Source: an uncultured Pelagibacteraceae bacterium (lineage in GTDB: Bacteria > Pseudomonadota > Alphaproteobacteria > Pelagibacterales > AG-422-B15). From it: a DNA stretch of 62,096 nt. The notes beneath the pieces were generated by a model. It was not told the origin of the DNA. It made no database searches and saw nothing but the letters and a program-made list of their open reading frames with translations. Of the stretch, positions 1 to 9,708 are shown piece by piece (position 1 is the stretch's first letter; each line of letters starts with the position of its first letter). The stretch lies in contig CAJJAN010000005.1 in NCBI GenBank assembly GCA_905182145.1, positions 1-62,096 on the forward strand. Reading direction: 5' to 3'. Made by a program: the position numbers and the translations under genes.

Positions 1-261
1 ATGATTGGAGAAATTGGTGGATCTGCTGAAGAAGAGGCCGCTGAATTTCTAAAAAAAGAAAAAGTAAAAAAGCCCACTGTTGGGTTTATAGCAGGTACAT
101 CGGCACCCCCTGGACGTAGAATGGGTCATGCTGGGGCTATTGTTGCTGGTGGCAAAGGTGGAGCTGAAGATAAGATTGAAGCTATGCGTAGTGCAGGAGT
201 ACATATATCAAATTCACCAGCAGGACTCGGCTCAACTTTAGTTGAAGTATTAAAGAATTAA
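1..261 (+). CDS. sucD: Succinyl-CoA ligase alpha subunit, C-terminal fragment (5' end lies outside the window)
   Basis: The ORF runs from the window edge. It carries the phosphohistidine loop [20 protein letters not shown]. It sits directly upstream of sucA-sucB-lpdA. Confidence 0.9.
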   Translation: MIGEIGGSAEEEAAEFLKKEKVKKPTVGFIAGTSAPPGRRMGHAGAIVAGGKGGAEDKIEAMRSAGVHISNSPAGLGSTLVEVLKN

Positions 262-313
262 TTATTTTCTACAGGTTTAATTCAACCTAAAATGAAATAT
301 ATTAAATATATAA

Positions 314-3259
314 ATGTCTAAGTTACCTAATAACGAAATTTTTGAAAAAACCTCTTTTTTGCATGGAACTAATAGTGCTTTCATTGAACAAATGTATGAA
401 AAATATTTAGATAGCCCCATTAGTGTACCCACAGATTGGCAAACTTTTTTTTCTGGGATAACTGATCAAACTGAAGACAATAATAGAAATGCTAGCTGGT
501 CAGAATATGGCAAGATAAAACCTAAAAATGGTGATTTAGTTTCAGCCATCGATGGAAACTGGCCAGAGGAAATAAAATCATATGAGAGTGAATTAAAAAC
601 TTCCAGATCATCTGATGTCAGTGAAGCCACTTCAAGAAACGCAACCCTATACTCTATTCGCGCAATTATGATGATAAGAGCATATAGAATTAGAGGACAC
701 TTAAAAGCGAATCTAGACCCCTTAGGGTTAGTAGAAAAAAACGAGCACTCTGAACTTAAACCAGAAACATATGGTTTTACACCAGAAGACATGGATCGTG
801 AAATATTCTTAGATAATGTATTAGGCTTAGAATTTGCAACTTTAAAAGAAATCTTAGAAATATTAAATCGAACCTACTGTTCCACGGTTGGTATTGAATA
901 TATGCATATTAGCGACCCTGCAGAAAAAAGTTGGTTGCAACAAAGAATTGAAGGAAAAGACAAGGAGATTACTTTTACAGATTTAGGTAAAGAATTTATT
1001 CTAAAAAAATTAATTGAGGCAGAAGGCTTTGAAAAATATTTGCATAAAAAATTTGTTGGTACAAAACGATTTGGTTTAGATGGAGCTGAAACTGTTATTC
1101 CGGCAATGGAACAGATTATAAAAAAAGGTGGGCAATTAGGAGTTACAGAAATTGTTATTGGAATGCCACATAGAGGTAGATTAGGAATTTTAGCCACTGT
1201 TATGGGCAAAGCATATCAAGAAATTTTTCATGAATTCGCTGGTGGCTCTATCATGCCGGAAGATGTTGCTGGATCTGGAGATGTTAAATATCATTTAGGT
1301 ACTTCTTCCGACAGAGTCTTTGATAATAATAAAGTACATATTTCTTTAACAGCAAACCCATCTCACCTAGAGGCAGTGGATCCAGTGGTATTAGGTAGAG
1401 TGAGAGCTAAACAAGCTCACTTAAGAACAGATGAAGGTAAAAATATTCAAGAGTCATTTAATGCTGTTATGCCTATACTTCTACATGGTGATGCAGCATT
1501 TGCAGGACAAGGTATAGTAGCCGAATGTTTTGCATTGTCTGGACTAAGAGGCCATAAAACAGGTGGTACAATTCATATTATAGTTAATAATCAAATTGGT
1601 TTTACAACAAGCCCAAGTTTTGCACGATCTTCTCCTTACCCATCTGATGTAGCAAAGTTCATTAATGCACCTATTCTTCATGTCAATGGTGATGATTGTG
1701 AGGCAGTAATATATGCAGCAAGAGTAGCAACTGAGTTCAGACAAAAATTTAATAAAGATGTCGTAATAGATGTTTTTTGCTACAGGCGTTTTGGACACAA
1801 CGAGGGAGATGACCCAACATTTACCCAGCCATTGATGTATAAAAAAATTAAATCTCACAAATCAGTAGCAGATACCTATGCTGACAAAGTTATTGGCGAG
1901 CAACTTTTTGATAGTAATAAAGTGGAAAATATGAAATCTGATTTTGCTGAATACTTAGACAGTGAATTTGAGGCAGCAAAATCATTTAAGCCTAATAAAG
2001 CCGACTGGTTAGACGGCTTTTGGTCAAATATGAAGTCTTCAAGGGGAAGTAAACGTAAAATTCCAACCTCAATTTCTAAAACTGATTTTAAAAATATAGG
2101 TGAAAAAATTACTTCTTACCCAGAAAGTCTTAACATACACAAGAATCTAGCAAGGATTTTTGGAAATAGAAAAAATATGATTGAATCTGGGGAAGCAGTT
2201 GATTGGGCAACTGCAGAATCCTTGGCTTTTGGATCTCTTTTACAAGAAGGTTTTCCAGTAAGATTGGTTGGCCAGGATAGTATTAGGGGAACATTTAGTC
2301 AGAGACATTCAGCGCTTGTAGATCAAGAAACAGAAGAAAGATATGTTCCTTTGAATAACATTAGCGATAAACAAGCTAAATATGAGGGAATAGACAGTTT
2401 TTTATCTGAGGCAGCTATTCTTGGATATGAATACGGATATTCATTAGATTATCCAAGTTCATTAGTTTTATGGGAAGCACAGTTTGGAGATTTTGCAAAT
2501 GGAGCTCAAGTACAAATAGATCAATTCATTGCACCAGGCGAAGCAAAATGGCTAAGAATGAGTGGACTAGTTTTATTGCTTCCACATGGATATGAAGGAC
2601 AAGGTCCTGAACATTCTTCAGCTAGGATAGAGCGATATTTACAGCTTTGTGCAGAAGAAAATATGATTGTTGCAAACTGTACAACCCCAGCAAACTATTT
2701 TCATATTCTGAGACGACAACTATTAAGAGATTTTAGAAAACCTTTAATTATGTTTACACCAAAATCATTATTGCGACACAAACAGTGTGTATCAAAAATT
2801 AAAGATTTTACCGATGATACTTTTCATAGAGTGCTCTTAGATGATATTGAGACAAAACATGAAGAAAATTTTTTAGTGGAAGATGATAAAATTAAAAAAG
2901 TAATTATCTGTTCAGGAAAAGTTTATTATGATCTATCAGCAGAGCGAAACAGCTCTAAAAAATCAGATATTTATATAATTAGACTCGAACAACTTTATCC
3001 GTTTCCTGCAAAGGCTTTAAACCCTATAATTTCTAGGTTTAAAAATGCAGATTTTATATGGTGTCAAGAAGAGCCAAAAAATATGGGTCCTTGGAATACT
3101 ATGGAGAGATATATTGACTGGTGTCTCAAAAAGGCAGGATGTCAGAAAACTAAGGTAAAATATGTTGGAAGATCTCCAGCAGCATCAACTGCTACAGGGT
3201 TAATGAGTAAGCATCAAAAACAGCAAAAAATGTTGATTGACTCGGCTTTAAGCGTATAA
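314..3259 (+). CDS. sucA: 2-oxoglutarate dehydrogenase E1 component
   Basis: 981 aa, the typical E1o length. Conserved blocks include [26 protein letters not shown] and FGHNEGDDP. sucB follows. Confidence 0.95.
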   Translation: MSKLPNNEIFEKTSFLHGTNSAFIEQMYEKYLDSPISVPTDWQTFFSGITDQTEDNNRNASWSEYGKIKPKNGDLVSAIDGNWPEEIKSYESELKTSRSSDVSEATSRNATLYSIRAIMMIRAYRIRGHLKANLDPLGLVEKNEHSELKPETYGFTPEDMDREIFLDNVLGLEFATLKEILEILNRTYCSTVGIEYMHISDPAEKSWLQQRIEGKDKEITFTDLGKEFILKKLIEAEGFEKYLHKKFVGTKRFGLDGAETVIPAMEQIIKKGGQLGVTEIVIGMPHRGRLGILATVMGKAYQEIFHEFAGGSIMPEDVAGSGDVKYHLGTSSDRVFDNNKVHISLTANPSHLEAVDPVVLGRVRAKQAHLRTDEGKNIQESFNAVMPILLHGDAAFAGQGIVAECFALSGLRGHKTGGTIHIIVNNQIGFTTSPSFARSSPYPSDVAKFINAPILHVNGDDCEAVIYAARVATEFRQKFNKDVVIDVFCYRRFGHNEGDDPTFTQPLMYKKIKSHKSVADTYADKVIGEQLFDSNKVENMKSDFAEYLDSEFEAAKSFKPNKADWLDGFWSNMKSSRGSKRKIPTSISKTDFKNIGEKITSYPESLNIHKNLARIFGNRKNMIESGEAVDWATAESLAFGSLLQEGFPVRLVGQDSIRGTFSQRHSALVDQETEERYVPLNNISDKQAKYEGIDSFLSEAAILGYEYGYSLDYPSSLVLWEAQFGDFANGAQVQIDQFIAPGEAKWLRMSGLVLLLPHGYEGQGPEHSSARIERYLQLCAEENMIVANCTTPANYFHILRRQLLRDFRKPLIMFTPKSLLRHKQCVSKIKDFTDDTFHRVLLDDIETKHEENFLVEDDKIKKVIICSGKVYYDLSAERNSSKKSDIYIIRLEQLYPFPAKALNPIISRFKNADFIWCQEEPKNMGPWNTMERYIDWCLKKAGCQKTKVKYVGRSPAASTATGLMSKHQKQQKMLIDSALSV

Positions 3260-3276
3260 AGACATATAATAAAAAT

Positions 3277-4518
3277 ATGAGCATAGATATAAAAGTACCA
3301 TCTCTCGGAGAATCTGTCACAGAGGCAACTATTGCCCGATGGTACAAAAATGTTGGTGATTCTGTTGCTATTGATGAGCCATTATTAGAAATAGAAACTG
3401 ATAAAGTCACTTTAGAGGTTCCTGCGCCAGCAACTGGTCAACTTAGCGATATTAAAGTAAATGATGGTGATACAGTAGAGGTTGGGGCCATATTAGGTTC
3501 AATCATTGAAGGGGCTGCTGCAACGGCTGAAAAAAAAGTTGAAGCTCCAACTGAAAAAGAAGTTGTCATAGACAAACCAATAGCTGAGGTTTCTAAACCT
3601 ATTGAATTGCCTGAAATTGAAACTACTAAAGTATCGGAAGTATCTAATGAATTGTCCCCTGCAGTAAGAAAAATTGTTGCTGAAAATAATATTAATATTA
3701 ATGAAATTTCACCTTCTGGAAAAAATGGAAGAATTACAAAAGAAGACGCACTAAACTCTCTATCAAATCAGGCTTCAAGAGATGAACCTAATAAAAGCTC
3801 AGTACCTGCTGAAAATGATAAGTTAACAGAGCGGGTCACTATGTCTCGTCTGCGAAAGACTATAGCAAAAAGATTAAAAGATGCACAAAACACTGCTGCA
3901 ATCTTAACTACTTTTAATGAGGTAGACATGTCAGAACTTATTAAAGTTAGAAGTGAGTATAAAGAATTTTTCGAAAAGAAGCATGGTGTGAAACTTGGGT
4001 TTATGTCTTTCTTTGTTAAAGCATGCATTACAGCATTAAAAGAAATACCTGAAGTAAATGCAGAAATTGAAAATGATGATATTATTTATAAAAATTATTA
4101 TAACATTGGCGTTGCCGTAGGAACTGATCAAGGGTTAGTTGTCCCAGTTGTTAGAAATGCTGATCAGCTAATAGTAGCTGACATTGAAAAAGAAATAGCC
4201 AATCTTGGTAAAAAGGCTAGAGATGGAAAGCTAAGTATTAGTGATATGCAGGATGGCACTTTCACAATATCAAATGGTGGAGTATACGGTTCGTTAATGT
4301 CCACACCAATAATCAATCCACCACAAGCAGGGGTTCTAGGGATGCACAAAATTCAGCAAAGACCTATTGCAATTGACGGTGAGGTTGTAGTTAGACCAAT
4401 GATGTATTTAGCATTATCATATGATCATAGATTAATTGATGGAAAAGCAGCTGTAACTTTTCTTGTTAGAGTTAAGGAAAGCTTAGAAGACCCTAGAAGG
4501 ATTCTACTGAGCGTTTAA
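3277..4518 (+). CDS. sucB: Dihydrolipoamide succinyltransferase (E2o)
   Basis: N-terminal lipoyl domain with IETDKV. Ala/Pro/Glu-rich linker. C-terminal catalytic motif SYDHRLIDG. Confidence 0.95.
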   Translation: MSIDIKVPSLGESVTEATIARWYKNVGDSVAIDEPLLEIETDKVTLEVPAPATGQLSDIKVNDGDTVEVGAILGSIIEGAAATAEKKVEAPTEKEVVIDKPIAEVSKPIELPEIETTKVSEVSNELSPAVRKIVAENNININEISPSGKNGRITKEDALNSLSNQASRDEPNKSSVPAENDKLTERVTMSRLRKTIAKRLKDAQNTAAILTTFNEVDMSELIKVRSEYKEFFEKKHGVKLGFMSFFVKACITALKEIPEVNAEIENDDIIYKNYYNIGVAVGTDQGLVVPVVRNADQLIVADIEKEIANLGKKARDGKLSISDMQDGTFTISNGGVYGSLMSTPIINPPQAGVLGMHKIQQRPIAIDGEVVVRPMMYLALSYDHRLIDGKAAVTFLVRVKESLEDPRRILLSV

Positions 4519-4520
4519 TT

Positions 4521-5915
4521 ATGGAAGAATTTGATCTCATTGTAATTGGAAGTGGTCCTGGAGGCTATGTTTGTGCAATAAGGGCTGCTCAACTTGGTCT
4601 AAAGGTATGTTGTGTAGAAAAACGTAAAACTTTAGGTGGTACCTGTCTGAATATTGGTTGTATTCCATCAAAATCATTACTGCATGCTTCACAAATATAT
4701 AGTGATACCAAAAGCTATGCTGACATAGGAATCAATATTGATAATGTTAAACTTGATTTATCAAAAATGATGTCCTCTAAGGATGAGTCTGTTAAAGGCC
4801 TAACAGATGGTATCCAGTTTTTATTTAAAAAAAATAAGATAACCCATATTCAAGGCTTTGGAAAAATAACAGGTAAAAATGAAGTAACAATATTAAATGA
4901 TGAAGCTAATCAAATAATAAATGGTAAAAATATTGTTATAGCAACTGGTTCTGAAGTTTCAGTTCCAGATGATGTCATAATTGATGAAAAAGATATTCTT
5001 AGTTCAACTGGAGCATTGAGCTTAGATAAAGTTCCAGACAAACTAGTGGTAATTGGTGCAGGTTATATTGGGTTGGAAATGGGTTCAGTTTGGTCACGTC
5101 TAGGATCAAAAGTCACCGTTATTGAATATGCAGATAAAATCGTTCCAAATATGGATAATGAAATTTCAGATCAGTTTCAAAAAATCTTAATCAAACAAGG
5201 AATAGATTTTAAATTATCAACTGCCTTTAAAAAAATTAATAAAAAAAATGATAAGCTATACGTTGCAATAGAAACACAACAGGGACAGGCATCAGAAATA
5301 AGTTGTGATAAGGTATTAATTTCTATTGGAAGAAAACCATACACTTTTGGTTTAAATTTAGAGAAAGTGGGAGTTAAGACTGATGAAAAAGGATTCATTA
5401 TAACTAAAAATAATTTTCAAACATCTGTTGAAAATATTTTTGCAATTGGTGATTGTAAATTAGGGCCTATGCTAGCACACAAGGCATCAGAAGAAGGAAC
5501 TGCATTGGCAGAGATTATTGTTGGTCAAGCTGGACATGTTAACTTTGATACAATTCCATCAGTAGTATACACATCACCAGAAGTAGCTTCGGTTGGAAAA
5601 ACAGAAGAAGAATTAAAGTCTGCCAATATTAGCTATAAGGTAGGAAAGTTTCCTTTTACAGCAAACGCTAAAGCAAAAATAATGCATCAAACAGGTGGAT
5701 TTGTAAAAATATTATCCGATGCTACATCAGATAAAGTTCTTGGTGTTCATATGATAGGTGCTGATGTTGGAAATATGATAGCTGAACTTGCTCTAGCAAT
5801 GGAGTTTGGCGCATCGTCAGAAGACATAGCACGCACATGTCATGCTCATCCAACTCTGACTGAGTCGATCAAAGAAGCAGCTTTGAATGTCGAAAAACGA
5901 GCAATTCACATATAA
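4521..5915 (+). CDS. lpdA: Dihydrolipoyl dehydrogenase (E3)
   Basis: FAD fold GSGPGGY, redox-active disulfide GGTCLNIGCIPSK, and C-terminal HAHPT interface motif. Confidence 0.95.
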   Translation: MEEFDLIVIGSGPGGYVCAIRAAQLGLKVCCVEKRKTLGGTCLNIGCIPSKSLLHASQIYSDTKSYADIGINIDNVKLDLSKMMSSKDESVKGLTDGIQFLFKKNKITHIQGFGKITGKNEVTILNDEANQIINGKNIVIATGSEVSVPDDVIIDEKDILSSTGALSLDKVPDKLVVIGAGYIGLEMGSVWSRLGSKVTVIEYADKIVPNMDNEISDQFQKILIKQGIDFKLSTAFKKINKKNDKLYVAIETQQGQASEISCDKVLISIGRKPYTFGLNLEKVGVKTDEKGFIITKNNFQTSVENIFAIGDCKLGPMLAHKASEEGTALAEIIVGQAGHVNFDTIPSVVYTSPEVASVGKTEEELKSANISYKVGKFPFTANAKAKIMHQTGGFVKILSDATSDKVLGVHMIGADVGNMIAELALAMEFGASSEDIARTCHAHPTLTESIKEAALNVEKRAIHI

Positions 5916-6039
5916 TTAATTAATAAAAAAGTCCTATTTTTAAGTATTTTTAGGGTTTTATATAATATTTTAATAAAAAATTTGTTGCAAAAAACATTTA
6001 AATCAATAGTTTACCCTGAATCCACGTTATCATCGTGTT

Positions 6040-6070
6040 AAAGGCTCTTTTTTTAAGGGCCTTTTTTATT
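6040..6070 (+). terminator. Terminator-like hairpin, about 125 nt downstream of the lpdA stop
   Basis: aaaggctc / gggccttt stem with a 9-nt loop, followed by a T-run (ctttttta). Confidence 0.45.
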
Positions 6071-6073
6071 ACC

Positions 6074-6145
6074 GCCTCTCCAAATAACTGCTATCATATT
6101 CTTGATGATAACGCGGAGGTTAAAAAGATGAATCCACCAGCATAG
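6074..6145 (+). promoter_or_regulatory. Hairpin that sequesters a GGAGG Shine-Dalgarno, followed by a 5-codon mini-ORF (MNPPA); an orphan leader-like element
   Basis: GCCUCU (6074-6079) pairs with GGAGGU (6115-6120), with an inner stem UAUCAU/AUGAUA. An ATG lies at 6128, 7 nt after the SD, and TAG ends at 6145. The ccagc/gctgg hairpin (6137-6150) covers the stop codon. No downstream + strand gene exists. Confidence 0.3.
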
Positions 6146-6227
6146 GCTGGGGTAGTGTCCACAACTATTTCAAAACAAAAAAATTTTAAAAAATTGATTT
6201 TTAGATCAATATTAGGCAAATGCCGAA

Positions 6228-6263
6228 TTAAAAAAACCCCTTCTTAACAAATGGGGTTTTTTA
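6228..6263. terminator. Bidirectional rho-independent terminator
   Basis: The sequence is an A-run, cccc, a 12-nt loop, gggg, then a T-run. It lies 19 nt downstream of the stop of the minus-strand ORF 6282-6884. Confidence 0.6.
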
Positions 6264-6281
6264 GTTTGGGCGTAAGTCTAA

Positions 6282-6884
6282 TCAGTACGAATAGATATCT
6301 TTTTGACTTATTGAATAGCTAATTAAAAAAACCCATGTGGCTATGAGAATATGATAAATATGAAAACTAACTGAAGGTGCAAATAAGTCAGTAAATAATC
6401 CGATACCTTTACTTAAAGTCAGAAAAGCAATTAATAATACTGCCATTGTTAGAGATTTTAAAAACTTCAAAGAAATTGATTTTTGAGGTATTTGAAAAGT
6501 TAATAAAATTGCAGCAAATGACCATGCAAATAATAAAATTAGTTTGAATATTGGTTGTGTCCAAATAAACAATAAGAAAAATGTTAATATAGAAATTGCT
6601 AAAAGTAGATGGGCAAATTTTTTAGATATTGAGTTGTTAACTATTTGTATACTTATTAAAGACATAGTTATTATTCCAGAAAATATTGCTAAAATTTTAT
6701 TCAAATAAATTATAAAGTCTGTACTTAATAATCCAAATCTTATTGCTCCAATAAAAGCAGTAATTCCAATTAGCAGTATACCAATACCAGCATAGAAATT
6801 TTTATTATAAAATAATTTTCTTACTGAGAAGTAAGTGGCTATAACGATTAGTATTTCTGTTATAGCATAATGAGCTGGTAGCAT
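6282..6884 (-). CDS. Hypothetical polytopic membrane protein (about 6 TM segments)
   Basis: 200-aa ORF made of hydrophobic helices. It lies 1 nt downstream of the hydroxylase gene, so the two are probably an operon. I recognise no family. Confidence 0.55.
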   Translation of the reverse strand: MLPAHYAITEILIVIATYFSVRKLFYNKNFYAGIGILLIGITAFIGAIRFGLLSTDFIIYLNKILAIFSGIITMSLISIQIVNNSISKKFAHLLLAISILTFFLLFIWTQPIFKLILLFAWSFAAILLTFQIPQKSISLKFLKSLTMAVLLIAFLTLSKGIGLFTDLFAPSVSFHIYHILIATWVFLISYSISQKDIYSY

Positions 6885-6885
6885 A

Positions 6886-7812
6886 TTACTTTTGTTTTAA
6901 GGCCTGTTCTTTATAATATTGAGCTTTTATATCTGTAGACATCATTCTACTACCATCATGTGACCATCCAGGTGGTCCAAATAAATATAGTATTCTGTCT
7001 TTAAGAGTTATTCCTCTCGAAAAAACATCCTTAAAAATTCCTGCGTATTCAATAAAAACAACTTTAAGTGGATTATAAGTTATCAAGGGAGTTACTAAGC
7101 CGTAGTCAGGTAAATCATTTTCATCTTCCTCAACAAATGAACCAAACATTCTGTCCCATATAATTAAAGTGCCTGCATAATTTGAATCTAGATACTTAGG
7201 GTTTCTAGCATGATGAACTCTGTGATGTGACGGTGTATTAAAAATAGCCTCATACCACCAAGGTAATTTTTTAATAGTTTCTGTATGACAGAAAAATTGG
7301 TAAGTGGCATTTAAAACTCCACAAAAAATAACTATAATTGGATCAAATCCAATTAGCACAAGTGGGATTTTTAGCATCATTGTACCAGTAAAATGCTTAG
7401 CCCAACTTTGTCTTAAAGATACAGCTAAACCAAACCTTTCAGATGAATGATGTGTATTGTGCATTCCCCATTGCCATCTAAATCTGTGGCATATTCTGTG
7501 GTGTATATAAAATCTTAAGTCATCAAGTATAAAACATATAACTAAAGTAGTTATTGTAAGAGGAATGACGGCTATTTGGTATTGTTTAGCCCAATATAGT
7601 GCACCAAGTGTTATAAATGCAGCAGCAGCATTAATAGGAACACTCATTATTCCTATTGAAACGTTAAAAAGACTATCTTTACTATTTACTGAACCATTTG
7701 TTTTAAAAAACCTAATAATAAATGATTCAAAGAAGATAAAAGATAGATATACAGGAATAACTATTAGCTGTATTTTTGAAGTTACAATTTCTCCTAAAGT
7801 CCCGTCAAACAT
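6886..7812 (-). CDS. Fatty acid hydroxylase / sterol desaturase superfamily (membrane di-iron) protein
   Basis: Histidine boxes HHRICH, HNTHH and HHRVHH, with N-terminal TM helices. Confidence 0.8.
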   Translation of the reverse strand: MFDGTLGEIVTSKIQLIVIPVYLSFIFFESFIIRFFKTNGSVNSKDSLFNVSIGIMSVPINAAAAFITLGALYWAKQYQIAVIPLTITTLVICFILDDLRFYIHHRICHRFRWQWGMHNTHHSSERFGLAVSLRQSWAKHFTGTMMLKIPLVLIGFDPIIVIFCGVLNATYQFFCHTETIKKLPWWYEAIFNTPSHHRVHHARNPKYLDSNYAGTLIIWDRMFGSFVEEDENDLPDYGLVTPLITYNPLKVVFIEYAGIFKDVFSRGITLKDRILYLFGPPGWSHDGSRMMSTDIKAQYYKEQALKQK

Positions 7813-8005
7813 AATAGTAATTTTAGCTAGTTAATTAATATAATATATACAGTTATATAGTATAATTGAAGGTATTATCTAGTGATAAAACACCAATTCA
7901 AGCCTCAAAAACCTATATTTTTTAATAAATGTTATAATCCTTGTGTTATATGAAAGTTAAGACTATTAGAAGCATAACTTTATAGAAAAAACCCCAATAA
8001 ATTAA

Positions 8006-9301
8006 ATGAACAGTTTTGAAGGCTTAAGCCTATCACAAGGACTCAATAAGGCCTTAAAAAAAATCGACTTTAAAGAGCCAACTCCTATTCAAGCTCAGGC
8101 AATCCCTCTTGCAATGGCAGGAAAAGATATACTAGGCTCAGCACAAACAGGTACTGGTAAAACAGCAGCCTTTAGTATTCCATTAATTGAATCAATATTA
8201 ACTTCAGATACTTCCATGGCGTTAGTACTCACGCCAACACGCGAACTTGCTAAACAAGTAATGGAGGTTATTACTAGTTTATTATCAGATTTAAATCATA
8301 TTAATACAGCATGTTTAATTGGTGGCGAACAAATGACCCGTCAACTTAAGCAGCTTAAGAAAAAACCAAGAATTATAGTTGGAACTCCAGGTAGGATAAA
8401 TGATCATTTAGATAGAAAGACATTAAAATTAAATCAAACTAATTATGTAGTTTTAGATGAAACAGATCGTATGTTAGATATGGGCTTTGGCATCCAAATA
8501 GATAGTATTTTAAAGTTTGTTCCAAAAACACGACAAACATTATTATTTTCAGCAACAATTCCAAAAGAAATTGAAAAACTTTCTTCAAAATATTTAACAA
8601 ATCCTGAAAGAGTATCTGTTGGTGCTACCAATGTTGTAGCCCCTAATATTAAGCATGATATTTTAAAGATTAATCAAGAAGCTAAATATGCAGAGTTACT
8701 TGAACAAGTAAATGAGCGTGATGGATCTTTACTAATTTTTGTGAAGACCAAGCATGGCACTGACAAGATGGCAAAAAACTTATCAAAAGATGGGTTTAAA
8801 TCACAGTCACTAAATGGAAATTTGAGACAAAGTAAACGTGATAAAGTTATGAAAGATTTTCGTAACCAAAAATTTAGAATATTAGTTGCAACTGACATAG
8901 CTGCCCGTGGATTAGATGTTCCTCACATTGAAAATGTTATTAATTATGATTTACCTCAACTAGCTGAAGATTTTATTCACCGTATGGGGAGAACAGGAAG
9001 AGCTGGCGCTGCAGGTTCAGCACTAAGCTTTATATCTCCAAAAGACCTTTCTAAATGGAATGAAATTCAAGTAATGCTAGATCCTAGCTTAAAGGGAAAA
9101 GTTGGAAGAGGTAACAATAAAAGTTCAAAAAATACAGCAAAATCATCAAAAAGAGCACGAGGAAATAGAAGCAATGATGAAGGTTTTAAAAAACCATTTA
9201 AGAAAACTTCATTTAGAAAAGATGATACTCGCAGTGAAGGTTTTAAAAAACCATTTAAGAAAAAAACTTTCTCTAGAAACTCACAACCTAAAAATAAATA
9301 A
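8006..9301 (+). CDS. ATP-dependent DExD-box RNA helicase (RhlE-like) with a basic repeat tail
   Basis: Q motif TPIQ, motif I AQTGTGKT, motif II DETD (a variant of DEAD), SAT, and HRMGRTGRAG. The C-terminal tail is Lys/Arg-rich and carries a duplicated EGFKKPFKK. Confidence 0.9.
   Translation: MNSFEGLSLSQGLNKALKKIDFKEPTPIQAQAIPLAMAGKDILGSAQTGTGKTAAFSIPLIESILTSDTSMALVLTPTRELAKQVMEVITSLLSDLNHINTACLIGGEQMTRQLKQLKKKPRIIVGTPGRINDHLDRKTLKLNQTNYVVLDETDRMLDMGFGIQIDSILKFVPKTRQTLLFSATIPKEIEKLSSKYLTNPERVSVGATNVVAPNIKHDILKINQEAKYAELLEQVNERDGSLLIFVKTKHGTDKMAKNLSKDGFKSQSLNGNLRQSKRDKVMKDFRNQKFRILVATDIAARGLDVPHIENVINYDLPQLAEDFIHRMGRTGRAGAAGSALSFISPKDLSKWNEIQVMLDPSLKGKVGRGNNKSSKNTAKSSKRARGNRSNDEGFKKPFKKTSFRKDDTRSEGFKKPFKKKTFSRNSQPKNK
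9178..9264 (+). repeat. In-frame tandem duplication (29-nt perfect copies, 57-nt period) within the helicase tail
   Basis: tgaaggttttaaaaaaccatttaagaaaa occurs at 9178-9206 and again at 9235-9263. Confidence 0.8.
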
Positions 9302-9315
9302 TAATTTTGAAAGTC

Positions 9316-9708
9316 CTATTTTTTAGAAAAATTTTCTAACATTTGTTGCATCATTTTATGTATTATGTTTACCCCTTGCAGCGGTCTTATAAAAACCTTA
9401 AATTCAATAATCATACCTTCTTCATTCCAAGTTATTAAATCAATACCATTAATTTTAATCTCATTAATATTTAATTCAAACTCAAGTGTTGCATGATTTT
9501 TACTTATAATTTCTTTAGTGTATGAGAAAGACTTATTGTTAAATACCTGAGCTGCTGCCATTAAGTACAATAGCGTTAAGCTTCTTCCTTTTTGTGGGGT
9601 AAAAACTACTGGTGAGTAAAAAGTTACATTTTCAGCTAAAATACTTTTTAATAAATTTTGATCTTGAGTTGCTACAACCTCATGCCATTTACTTATTGGA
9701 TTTTTCAT
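9316..9708 (-). CDS. NTF2/SnoaL-like fold protein (hypothetical)
   Basis: 130 aa. The size and alternating beta-rich pattern are typical of the NTF2-like family. It overlaps the stop of the upstream Xer gene by 4 nt. Confidence 0.45.
   Translation of the reverse strand: MKNPISKWHEVVATQDQNLLKSILAENVTFYSPVVFTPQKGRSLTLLYLMAAAQVFNNKSFSYTKEIISKNHATLEFELNINEIKINGIDLITWNEEGMIIEFKVFIRPLQGVNIIHKMMQQMLENFSKK

Noticed and set aside
466-1858. Antisense or alternative-frame ORFs inside sucA (466-792, 874-1209, 1544-1858). Many similar 60-115-aa ORFs lie opposite other well-supported genes, for example 3768-4028, 10989-11333, 14136-14402, 22664-23008, 24733-25020, 42967-43284, 45402-45641 and 60913-61239.
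   Set aside because: All lie fully inside strongly supported conserved genes and have low-complexity or hydrophobic shadow-frame composition. None has a recognisable motif or an SD/start context. They are typical spurious ORFs.
7930-7985. An extended -10 (TGTTATAAT, 7930-7938) and an AT-rich hairpin (aaagtta/taacttt, about 7952-7980) in the helicase 5' region, considered as a cold-shock-type regulatory leader.
   Set aside because: This is plausible, but the hairpin is short and all A/T and there is no -35 element. It cannot be distinguished from background in this composition without transcription start site or conservation data.
9102-9326. A 74-aa ORF in an alternative frame of the helicase 3' end.
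   Set aside because: It is produced by the Lys-codon-rich repeat of the helicase tail. The helicase frame is continuous with conserved motifs, and nothing supports a second product.
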